Positions 34,227 through 44,689 of a DNA stretch of 64,000 nucleotides are shown piece after piece (the stretch's first letter is position 1; each line of letters opens with the position of its first letter). The stretch comes from Eukaryota sp. TZLM1-RC (taxonomy: Eukaryota > Protista > Metamonada: BaSk clade), in the NCBI GenBank assembly GCA_040285825.1, contig JAUPSS010000002.1, forward strand, positions 3,658,001-3,722,000, given 5' to 3'. The position numbers were made by a program, and so were the translations under genes. Below the pieces are notes generated by a model. The model was not told the DNA's origin and did no database searches. It was given only the letters and a program-made list of their open reading frames with translations.

Positions 34227-35191
34227 GCATTTTCTTAGTGAGTATTTCCATTTCACATGTATTTTAACAATATTTTTTTCAACAATTCATTACTTTGTCA
34301 GTAATTTGATTTAATAAAGACATTTGGCTGAATTCCTGACTGCTCTTTCTTCATTTATCAATTCTATTTATTGTAATTTATATTTAGAGCTTAGTCTGTG
34401 TCAGATACTAAGTTGTTGAATATTCTGGACGGTGTTGTATTTTTTATTTCACAGCATCGTTTTTTTTGTGTTCCAATAGGTACACTTGCTAGTTTTCAAT
34501 AGTGACAGAATGATTTTTCTGGTGAAAGTTTAATACTTTTGATATCCACTGTTCAAGAACTTCTTCGAGAAGTTGCAAACACTTCGGGCTTTTGACAGCA
34601 AGATTGAATTCCATGATGAGGACAATAAAATTTCTCGAAGATTCAAAATGAAAGGCGAAGGAAGAGAAGTCTTGACTCCACTTTTGTCTCTCCGAAATGG
34701 CATTAGTTGTAGACCTCTATACACTCTAGACCTCTCTACACATATATCTTCTGAAGTGTTTGGAAGTTTTCTTGCCTTTCATGAATAACCACTGGTGTAT
34801 ACTTGAACGAGTTATCTGAATCGACTGATTTATAAGTTGAAAAAATTTGTGTTGAATTTATGTTTATGTTCAAGTTTTGATTTTGAGTTGCAGCATGAAA
34901 TGCAATGATCAACACTGACAACAGTTTTCTGATATTGAACTTGTGCATTACTGGGTTTGCAATTAGGTGACAAAATGGCATGAACTTTAGGTACATGCTG
35001 TCTCACACAAGTCGTCTTCAGATACCGTTTTTGAATACACTGTGGAAAGCAAATTTCATTGATTCGGATTTCGAGATTGAGATATATGAAAATGAATTAT
35101 TGTTGACTGGCGCCAGAAGTTTAATTTACTTTATAATTATTTTGTTATTCGGATGTGCTTGTTAAATCTGTACAATAATTTTTATTTTAAA

Positions 35192-36523
35192 TCAAATGTT
35201 CAACACAAACCCACTTCCCTTCTTACTTTTACTAGTCTTACTGGACAAACTCTGTGACTCTTCTCTCCACCCTTGTGGTGCTTGGTGCGCTGCAACACGG
35301 GGGCGACTCGAAAGCACAGGAGAATCTGGTGACACTCGAGCGGGTCTTGATTCAGGTTGAGTTGGCTGAAGTTGATTGTTCATTGACTTCTTCTTGGATT
35401 TACCATTGGTCTTACCCTTGTTCTTAGACTTGGTTTTAGGGTTAGGACCAGGGTTAGGGTTAGGGTTGGAGTGTGTTGGTCTGGTTGGCACTGGGTATGG
35501 TTGTGAAAATGGTTCAAATTGGCTTGCCAGTGCGAAAAGATGGGAGGGATCTAAATGTGCTGCTGACGTGTCAATATCAAGTTTTCTTAACAATTCTTCT
35601 GTTTTACAGCATCCATAAACAAATGGCCAATACGTGTTATCAGATGCAACCAGTCGTTCATGCAGTTCACCTATTGAAACTGAACGAGCATCCCAGTGTT
35701 TCAGAGCGTTATGTAGAACTGGCCAAGCTTGATTGACATCCTTAGGTTGCATCTCCCCGGTGAGTTGTTCAAAGAACAGAAATCTGGCAACATTTTTAAG
35801 TCTTGGGTTAGAGTCCTTCTTGCCAATGACTACTACTTGGTCAACAAATTCCTTGAGTGTTTCAGCAAGGAGATAAAAGTCTGAATCGCCGCTACACAGT
35901 ACAACCTTCTTTGGCTTACATGAAATAACATCCTGAAATACAGCACATGCTAATTCAATGTCAGAAAAGTTCTTTTGACTTTTGTTGGGTGGTTGTATGT
36001 GTCTTACATCAACATTGTAATTTTGAATGGCCTCGGTCCACAGAGAGGCATTATTTCTTTGATATTTGTTGTTGATGGTTGAATCATGGGTAATGAAAGC
36101 TACTATCTTTGCATCATTGAGGAAGAGTTGGCGAATGTTGTTCAGGAAATTGACTAAATTGCTCTTGGGATCGTATGGAAAATTATCAACATCAACATAG
36201 ACAAAAGCGCGGTGCTTACCAGTGTAGCTTGAAAAGACAGAACCCTCAGCGCTGGTTGGAATAGCTGTATGTTGTGGAATCTGTGGAGGTGTTGGTTCTT
36301 TTTTAGCCTTCTGCGTTGTTTGAGCCTTTGCTCCGGTCTTGCTCTTACCTGGATGTTGGATGGAACCCTTAAATAGTTCAAGATCAAGATCAGGTATATC
36401 AAAGGGATCCATCATGAGGTCTCTGATTTGATGGAAATCTTGTAGAGCGTAGCTGATTCGTGATTCTAAGTTCATCAATGTTTGTGTCTGCGAAGTTGCA
36501 AAATTTTGTTTGAAAAAAAACAT
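35192..36523 (-). CDS. NYN (LabA/DUF88, PIN-like) ribonuclease with an OST-HTH/LOTUS-like domain
   Basis: VYVDVDN, KNFSDIEL and SGDSDF catalytic motifs, VVVIG, then LVASDNTYWPFVYGCCKTEELL (OST-HTH-like). The true start may be a downstream ATG (~36475). Confidence 0.85.
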   Translation of the reverse strand: MFFFKQNFATSQTQTLMNLESRISYALQDFHQIRDLMMDPFDIPDLDLELFKGSIQHPGKSKTGAKAQTTQKAKKEPTPPQIPQHTAIPTSAEGSVFSSYTGKHRAFVYVDVDNFPYDPKSNLVNFLNNIRQLFLNDAKIVAFITHDSTINNKYQRNNASLWTEAIQNYNVDVRHIQPPNKSQKNFSDIELACAVFQDVISCKPKKVVLCSGDSDFYLLAETLKEFVDQVVVIGKKDSNPRLKNVARFLFFEQLTGEMQPKDVNQAWPVLHNALKHWDARSVSIGELHERLVASDNTYWPFVYGCCKTEELLRKLDIDTSAAHLDPSHLFALASQFEPFSQPYPVPTRPTHSNPNPNPGPNPKTKSKNKGKTNGKSKKKSMNNQLQPTQPESRPARVSPDSPVLSSRPRVAAHQAPQGWREESQSLSSKTSKSKKGSGFVLNI

Positions 36524-36578
36524 TCAGTTGATAACCTGTGATTTTCAATTCAAATGAATTATCAACACATTGCATGTC

Positions 36579-37241
36579 TTTTCACTCACCCAATAAGTTT
36601 TACGACCACAATGTCTATACAGGGCTTGCTTAATTTCCCTAAGGTAAAGTAAAGGGTCTTCTTTGACCAAAGAAACAATAAAGGATACCTCTGCAGTTGA
36701 CAACATTAGGCGTGAATTTGGAGTTTCATCATTGTTGATTGATTTGTTAAAAGCAGCCTGTAACCAGCGACTAAGAGTTGACTGTGAAATGCAGAAGTAT
36801 TGAGCTATATAAGTTTGTGGTTTGTTAAGAAACATATAGGTATAACAGGCCCTAACCTTAGTGTCCTCAGATGCATGGACCCTTAAGGACGCAAGCTCTT
36901 GTGAAGACAACAACATGTCGTATGTATACCCCATAAATAATAGTGACTGTCTGTTTGTTAGTTTTGTAAATGTTATGGCAATAAAAAGCTCAATACTACA
37001 AAAGTTTATTGATATAGACATTCTGTCCCAAAAGAAAGCAGGTTGATGTAAGACGTATAAGGTCTCTGCTTATGAAGTTGTTGTGATGACATCATATCTC
37101 TTCTGTTACAAAAGAAGCAAGGTTGATCTTATTGTGTACAAGACGAACTGATATAGAACTACAGACGGGTTTAGCCTTACTTCTTTGTCAATAAAGGCTA
37201 TTTATAATTTGTGAAAGAGCGTTTTGTGGGGTGAGTGAAAA
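36579..37241 (-). mobile_element. Truncated IS630/Tc1-mariner-like element (N-terminal HTH domains of the transposase only)
   Basis: KVRAC...QTYIAQYFCISQSTLSRWL and IVSLVKEDPLLYLREIKQAL (tandem HTHs); no DDE domain. 13-bp inverted repeat TTTTCACTCACCC at 36579-36591 and 37229-37241. Confidence 0.7.
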
Positions 37242-37296
37242 CTGAGTGAGTAAAAAAAGTTTGTACTCACAACCCACTCAAAAAGCGATCCTCAGA

Positions 37297-38741
37297 CATA
37301 TTTCTAGTGGATGTACATTTTCTTGCTGATGCTGTTGAAGGAGATCCTCAAATATTCCTAATACCAGCAATTACGATTGCCCAATATATTTCCAATAGAG
37401 AGGGAAAACCTAATCATGTTTCTCCTGTTTCAACCACTGTGGGTCCAGGATATTGTCCTATTGATACAAGAACAATATGGATAATTATTAAACAAACAAT
37501 AATTGATGATTTTTGACCTACACAGACGCTGAAAATATCCAATACACTTGCCCAAAATACGAAATTCAAACCACCTGAACAATTTGACTTTTGGTCTAAT
37601 ATTCTCGATCTAAACCAACCAATGTTCAAACAAAGAGCTATAAGTTCAACAACATTATCCACACAGATGGATTTAATATTGCAGTAGAATTTGTTCGTCA
37701 GGATTTACAATGTCAGAGATGTGAGCCAGACAACAAGGCTAGTATTTCTGATTTATATATTCATGATGTTGATGTTGATACTTTACGAGACAAACGAATT
37801 GTTTTTTGTGATCCTGGAAAACGTGATTTATTGTATTTTGAAGGGAAACAACGGATCAAAAATTAGCCATGGTGCCTGAACGTGAAACTGAACAGCATTG
37901 ATATAGTCGGATTGATGAATCAAGACAAGAAGTACAAAGGGTTGAGAATGACTCAGATGTCCTGGTCTTTGGAAAGTAGGATGAATGAAAAACAAAAACG
38001 ATGGGTGACAAAGAATACTGAGGTAGATTACGACAGGAACCAAATGATAGAGTCTAACGAAATGACAATTGAAGATGTAAACACCGAATTATCCACGTGT
38101 GCTACCAATTCAGCAACTTTAATAGATTTTTCCAACCTGGTGGTTGCCAAACATCGGCAAGTTTTTTTGACAATTGACTTTTACAGTCTTGACTTGTGGA
38201 GCGTTCATAAAATGCATGCTTTTATTCACAAGCAAAAGACTGAAAGTTGGTTGTTAAAAACCTTGTTTACCGGTCTGGCAATCCAAAAGACACTATTATA
38301 CTAATGGGTGATTATGGTAAAAAAAGGTTCGAAGAATTTGAAACATCAGAGACCTACTAGAGGAATTGGATGGATTCAATTTCTGAAAAGGAATGGATTT
38401 AAAGTATTGATGCTTAATAAAGCCTTCACTTCAGCAAAATGTCCTGTTTTTTTTGAAAAGGTTGCCACATTTTTGAGAGTAACAAATCCCAGATTTTATA
38501 GAAAAGAAAAGACTCCTGTTACTACGTGTCATGGTTTATTAGCTTGTAACAGTGAGAGTTGCAAACTCAGTAACAAAGGCTCAACAAAGGTTTTCAACAG
38601 AAATAAGCTGGCTTGTCTGAATATGCTTTCAATTGCTGAAGCCGGAATGAGTAGTAATGGAAGGCCTCAGTACCTGTCTAGTAGATAGTTTTTGTAATTA
38701 TTCTGCACGAAAACTGTTCATGTATTTATGGGAATTTCCCA
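37297..38741 (+). pseudogene. Fanzor1 pseudogene (copy A), 5'-truncated, with conserved 3' end
   Basis: PIDTRTIW, IHTDGFN, VFCDPGKRDLLYF (RuvC-I, ~37810), PTRGIG, MLNKAFTSAKCP (RuvC-II, E>K), CHGLLAC, FNRNKLACLNM (RuvC-III, D>N), RPQYLS*. Same family as 52.5-54.5 kb. Confidence 0.92.
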
Positions 38742-38760
38742 TCCACATCAATATTTCATT
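38640..38760 (+). ncRNA. Putative Fanzor omegaRNA (scaffold ending ~38741 plus flanking guide)
   Basis: 53 nt after the stop are conserved with copy B and end in the self-complementary TGGGAATTTCCCA, then similarity stops abruptly. The 5' boundary is not determinable. Confidence 0.5.
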
Positions 38761-38782
38761 GTGCTAGCTATCATCTATAAGA

Positions 38783-39658
38783 ATGACTCACACATGTGTT
38801 TACATCGATGCTGACAGTCTGAACGGCCAAACTGCTGTTGTGTTGGCTCAGCGGTTATTGCAGTTCTTCAACAATGCTAAACTGCATGTTTTTTACTCAC
38901 ATAATGCAACAAACCCCAGTAAAGAGGAATTTAAGAATGATAGATACTGGGGTGAAGCAGCAACAAATCCTGCTATCGACATGACCCTTCACCACATTCA
39001 ACCTTCTTTCAGCGGTAAAAAATTTACAGATATGGCCATTACTTGCAAGGTGTGGGAACATGTCATGAAGAACAAGCATGTCATGAACAACAAGCCTTTA
39101 CAGATTGTCATTGTCAGTGGTGAACTTGATTATACCATCTTGGCAGGTCACATCAAGACCCATGTTTCCAACATCGTTATGGTAGGTGAAAAGAGGTTAT
39201 CCAGGGGTCTAAGATTTCTGCCACTCCGTATTCTTATTCAAGAAAGGCCACGTCCAATTCAAGACTGTGTAGAGACTATATACAGTGCCATCATCTCAAC
39301 CGATTCTTGTAAGTTGTCTGCGGAGGAATTCCATGACCTTTTAGTTAGACAGGACAATTCGTTCTGGCCCCAAGAATATGGAGCAAAGAGTACAAGAGAT
39401 TTATCCCTTAAACTAGGACTTGTTTTTAAGGAAGGTACTATAAGTACTGATGAAGTTCTCAATTTATTAGGACGTCAACCACCCCCACCCCCCACAAAAC
39501 CCGCTTTCACAAGGAATCTTCCTGTGGACAGTATGTCTGTATCTAATATTATCAGTGGAGAAGGTTCAATGAAGGCTAAGAAGAACACATCAAATAGCCA
39601 GAGCTCTCAAGCTGCTCAAAAAGCCAAGGGTTTAGGTCCTTTTGTTATTGGTTTGTGA
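38783..39658 (+). CDS. NYN (LabA/DUF88) domain protein with an OST-HTH-like domain, paralog of 35192-36523
   Basis: VYIDADS, GKKFTDMAI, IVSGELDY, LVRQDNSFWPQEYGAKSTRDL. Confidence 0.8.
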   Translation: MTHTCVYIDADSLNGQTAVVLAQRLLQFFNNAKLHVFYSHNATNPSKEEFKNDRYWGEAATNPAIDMTLHHIQPSFSGKKFTDMAITCKVWEHVMKNKHVMNNKPLQIVIVSGELDYTILAGHIKTHVSNIVMVGEKRLSRGLRFLPLRILIQERPRPIQDCVETIYSAIISTDSCKLSAEEFHDLLVRQDNSFWPQEYGAKSTRDLSLKLGLVFKEGTISTDEVLNLLGRQPPPPPTKPAFTRNLPVDSMSVSNIISGEGSMKAKKNTSNSQSSQAAQKAKGLGPFVIGL

Positions 39659-39879
39659 TCCTCAAATGTATATTAATGGTGTGTTGTTGTGAATAAATTA
39701 TACTGTGGTGTTCCATTATAGTGGAAACGTTTATATATTTTGGAGTACTAAAAATGTACACGTGGACCGCAGCTAATATATATATATATATATTACAATT
39801 ATGTACAACATGGTAACTACATAAGCTGTTTTGTTTGTTGACCTCCAAAGGGGTGGCTGTAGCAGATGGAAACTATTAG

Positions 39880-40060
39880 AAACAGACCACTTGTGTTTAT
39901 TACTTTTGCATTTTTCATAAACGGAAGACTATCAGTAATAGCAGGAAATTTTTTGAATGATTTTCCAAACATGGATCAAGAAAAACAATGAGGAGATTTT
40001 TGATGGAATTTAGTCCATTTAATTCTGATTTAATTTTATTAAGTGTGGAAGTTCAATAAA
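39880..40060 (+). mobile_element. RLE non-LTR retrotransposon 3' remnant (family 2)
   Basis: agaaacagaccacttgtg...aaacggaagactatcag matches 9610-9660 and 31180-31230. Confidence 0.65.
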
Positions 40061-41851
40061 GATTACATATATGTTGTTATTGTTTTAAATTATGATGGAC
40101 TGAATACACAATTTTTAAAAATGGAAATCAAATTTTGATAGTTTTGACAGTTTTATGATATAAATGGACGAAATACATTTTATCAATATTCACATATTCG
40201 AAGTTGATTCAAATAAGCTAATAAGCCTTTGGAGCTTTACGAAGTTGAACTCAATTCTTCAAACAAAAAAGACAAACAACCTCTATTGAATAAATAACTG
40301 TTTGAAGTGAAACAGTAAATACTGGCGCAAAAGTGAAAGATGTCGAGACGAAGACATCAATGAAATTCTGGAAAGGACGGTAAGAGCCTGAAATAATTTT
40401 TAGAATTAATATAGTGATCAAATTTAGTGATAAAAAAATGATCAATTATGATATTAAAGTTAAATCGGTACCATTTTACCGAGTCTTCCATAAATTGACA
40501 CTTTAAAATGACACAATGGATAATTCACACGCTTGATGTGTTCAGATGACTCGTATACTGCTTAATCATGAAATTGAGGGCAACATTGTCAAAAGAGACG
40601 TTTCTTAATGACTGAATTTCAATACAATCTTTTTGCAAACATCAGCAGAAACCCATCAAATACACTAATAGCATCATTTTGTGAGGGAATAACAATATCC
40701 GCTCTTTGTTGGTTGACCTTTCCAGAAAGTAGTAATCACATACTACAAAGATTGCAGGAGGTGTGATCCAGTTTAAAATTTAACGCATTTGCATTAAAAT
40801 TCGTTGGCTAGATTACATGGCCACAAGTAACAACGCATTCTTTAGCTGTAAGCCGTTGATGATTAGCTTAGTTGTTTTGAATAGATGAACATTTCCAATC
40901 GTTTTGTTCTAATTGCCACTCTTTAAGTTTTTGGTTAGGGTTTAACAAAATCAAATCCATTGGAAAATAAAATTTAAGTTACAGAAACACAAAAACTGAA
41001 TTTCAAACAATCAGTGAAGAAACAATCCTTTTTCAACGTCCCTTCCGAAACTAAGACTGACAATAAATAATACGTCTGTATTGTTATACGTATTGTATTA
41101 TTATACGTCTGTGACAGACTATTTCTTTTAAAGTCAGGATGGGTCAACATATGCAATATTCTGAAGGTATTCAACTCAATGATTATATGTCATTGTCAGT
41201 GTTTTCAGAGAAAATGTCTTCGATTTTGTGTTGATTTCGCAAATTATGTGAATAGAACCGCTTTCTCTGACAAACCGCTCAACACTATGATAGAGTTCAT
41301 ACATTTCACAAACAGTACAGTCTATAAAAGTTTATATAAAATGTAAATACAGCCAACCTTTTTTTATTGCACACATTGTTTGTCGTTCCAAAGTATGCAA
41401 TTAGAAAGTGTGCATTGAAGTTAATACAAATCAATAAATAATTAAAGAGTCTATTTGGGTCCATAAATACAAAAACTATTTAAAGGTTTTTGAAAAATTG
41501 TGCAATTAGAAAAGGGTGAAATTCATAGAAGGTGCAATTAAACAGGGTTGACTAAATGTGATTTTAAAACATTGTTTTTCTGAATATCGGACAGATTTCA
41601 AGAATACAATATAATTTCATTATTATATCAATCTCATTCTGGCTTCATCGCTTAATTGGCTGCAACCAGATCTCAAAGTAGTTTTAAGTGTAGCAGTAAT
41701 GTATTAAGGTGTAGTTAAAATTGACACAACACTTCGAGAATAACCAAAAATGGCCAAAGAGAATTTGACTCACTGTAGAGAGCGGTAGAAACATCGAAAT
41801 TACATTCAAATTGTTGTATTAAAATTACCAAGAATTGAAAATAAGCTACGT

Positions 41852-42613
41852 CTAGTGACTAGACACAAACTGATTTAGCCTTTTTAATTCATTTTGTTTT
41901 CTTGTCAATTTCTCTCGAAGATTACTTAATTCAGTATCAGCTGATTCTATTTGTTTTTGCAATTCCATGGTCATATCACTTAAACCTTTGTTTTGTCCTT
42001 CCAAATTTTGCAACTCTTCATTAGCATTTCTCAATTCTCTGTTACAATTTGTCAATTCATCATCTTTGGATTTCAGGCTATTTTCAATTGTTGACATTTT
42101 CTCTTCAACACTCCGTTTTGTTTCTGTCAATGTTTCCATTCGGTTCACAACATCCAGTGTTTTGTAGAAGTCTTGAACATGTTGTTTATGGTTTTCTAAT
42201 CTTTGTTTTTCATACTCAAGATCAGCTCTAGGATGAGACACATTGCATTGAGCTAACAAACTCTCTCTTAGTGACTCTTTCTATATATTGAGTGGATAAC
42301 TTTTTCATGGCGTCTATATGGGTCAACATGCGCTTCTTTATCAGAATGTTCTCACTATTTCGTGCTTTACGTGTGGATAGGGCTTCATTCTCATGTGCTA
42401 ATTGTTTCTTTAATGATTCTAGTTTCGCTTGATGTGCAGCATGAGTCTGTTGATCTGGGGTCAATGAGTTAAGATTTTACCTCTGATGAGTGAGAGTTGC
42501 GTTCGTTGTAGTTGTTCTTGTTCCAAATAGAGTTGTTGGTTTACTTCAAAGTTTTGACGTTCCAACACATCAAGTCGATCGAGAAAGTCACTGATAGACT
42601 GGTCTGTGTCCAT
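41852..42613 (-). CDS. Coiled-coil protein (233 aa) with two tiny GT-AG introns (42455-42480, 42228-42261)
   Basis: Removing the 26-nt and 34-nt introns joins three exons (133+193+376 = 702 nt) into one open frame, MDTDQSISDFLDRLDV...NQFVSSH*. Confidence 0.85.
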
Positions 42614-43864
42614 AAAAGTTTGCCAAAATGTCAGAAAACAATGGTATTGAGGTGCAGGTAAATTTGGTATATTTTAAATTTGGAGTAGTGTTGCATCAGA
42701 CACTGATTTTTCAGTGAAAGTTTCTCTCACTTTCTCAAGCAATTTCTCTTCTCCTTTAAATACCTTTTCACACAAGTCTTAATTAGCATCTTGATGCACA
42801 AAGACTGGTCAAAGTATCACCATGTTGTTTTGTGTGACACTGAGGATTTCGTTGTGGTTGTTGATGGAAGGAGTAGAAGATGTAGAATGGGTTGAACAAG
42901 GAATTGAAGACAACTCAATTGAAGACACCTGTAATGTTAGTCAACATGGCTTCCTTGCAGAGATGGATTATGACCAATTTTGATTGTAATGTAGTCTGAT
43001 GGTTTTACAATAAAAACGATTTCTCTCCATAGCACAGATTAATCATTATGGCAGTATGGGTTGATAGCAAGTTTTATAAAGGAAATTAGATCGTTTCTAC
43101 AGCTGAGTTCTATAATGTGTTTTGCAAGAACTAGTGAGACAAAAAACGTCTGAAGCAAGTCTAGAGACGTTCATGCTGCGTCCGTTGGAAAACAAACGGA
43201 CGCAGACGCATTTGAAAGTGTCTGTGTAACACAAAATTCAAGTCTACCTCCGGTTGCTTCAGAAAATTCATCAAAAATCATAACCCAGCATTATTGAACT
43301 TTGAACCAAACAGAATTATATTGTAATAATTTAACGTTGAACAGTGCAGCAAAAGTGCAAAATTGTGTTCGGCTGTCCTAATTAATTGTTGTATCTGTGA
43401 TTATATAAAAAGAAGCAGTCAATAGGTCGGAAGGGGTTGTCTTATATAACATCAACAACTCAATTCTATATAAGGTATCAAGGTTGAAACACTGTTGATT
43501 TCTGAAACATTGTCAACCAAAAAAAAAGTATAATCAACCTTCCTCTACCTAGAGATGGGAAAACACTAAAACATAGACTATACTTCGTTTAGTCTGATTT
43601 GTCCGGACGATGCCCATCTCTGTTCTACATAAAGAAACCATATTTCGACATGTTTTGTGAAAGATCTGCTGTTTCGTTCATAAAACTATGTGATTTAATA
43701 TCAAATGGTAATTTGGGCCTTGTTAAGTATACAGAGTTTTAATTCAAAGACAGTGACTAAACTAACAGAAGGATAACAACAAAATACGAGACAAAAGCAA
43801 CAGGAAATAAATGAGAAAAAACAAGAAACAGTGGGAAGACAGGCTATCACGAACCACCAAATTT

Positions 43865-44089
43865 CTACCTACTTCGACGAGGTCGTTTTTTAGGGGTTGG
43901 TGCATTAGTCCTACGGGAACCACGTGACTTCTCCGCTGCTGCTTTGCGATTCATAGAAAGAGCAAGAAAGAAATTGCGGACAAAGTCTTTGTTTGAGGTT
44001 ATTTCAGTGGTTTGAGAACTGTCAAAGGAAGAGGCATAAAGTGGTAATGGATTAAGGCATGAGGACAGTGTAACCTTGGTTAAATCCAT
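43865..44089 (-). CDS. Possible small basic protein, or the last exon of a longer gene
   Basis: 74 codons from the ATG at 44089 with higher GC and an NLS-like PKKRPRRSR tail; no recognisable family. Confidence 0.35.
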   Translation of the reverse strand: MDLTKVTLSSCLNPLPLYASSFDSSQTTEITSNKDFVRNFFLALSMNRKAAAEKSRGSRRTNAPTPKKRPRRSR

Positions 44090-44689
44090 CTTCAGATATT
44101 GTCTATAACAATGGAACAAACTAAATTGATAATGATGTTTTTGAAAGTGAATCAATGAACAATTTCCCGTGCTACAACAAATTTTCCAATATACATACCA
44201 ATGTCTATCTTCCAAACAAGATGACTAGGCGCTGTTAAAGGTTAATGTTCCTTGGACAAACATTTTATCTAGAGGATTGAAATATAGGATGGTGAATATA
44301 AATACGATGAAACAACAAACCAACAACATCATAGATACAATTACAATACAATTCGCAGATTATGTCTTTATTTATGGTCCTAAAAAATGGTATTCTGAAC
44401 ATTTGTAAAGTTAAATTACTGAATGCAGGCCATGATTGGATTTTTACTTTAATTCTCAGAGTACTCATATAGAGACTCCGGCATATAAAGTTTTTTGATT
44501 TATATTAACTGCGTTCTCTTACCATTTTCCAGTGGCTTTTCTTTTCCATAAATGAAGCTATAAAGAAATCAAAGTTTCTACAGGGCTCAACTACAGAAAG
44601 TTTACAGATGAGAGCTCGGTTTTGGTGAACTTTGTACAACTAAATTGGTATGGAATACGCTGAATCAAATTGAACAATACCTCAAACAC

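Noticed and set aside
34500-35160. Protein-coding gene
   Set aside because: Only short broken ORFs without recognisable motifs; probably a decayed pseudogene.
44090-44560. Multi-intron upstream extension of the 43865-44089 ORF (several GTTTGT/GTATGT...AG candidates)
   Set aside because: I could not assemble a convincing open frame; needs transcript data.
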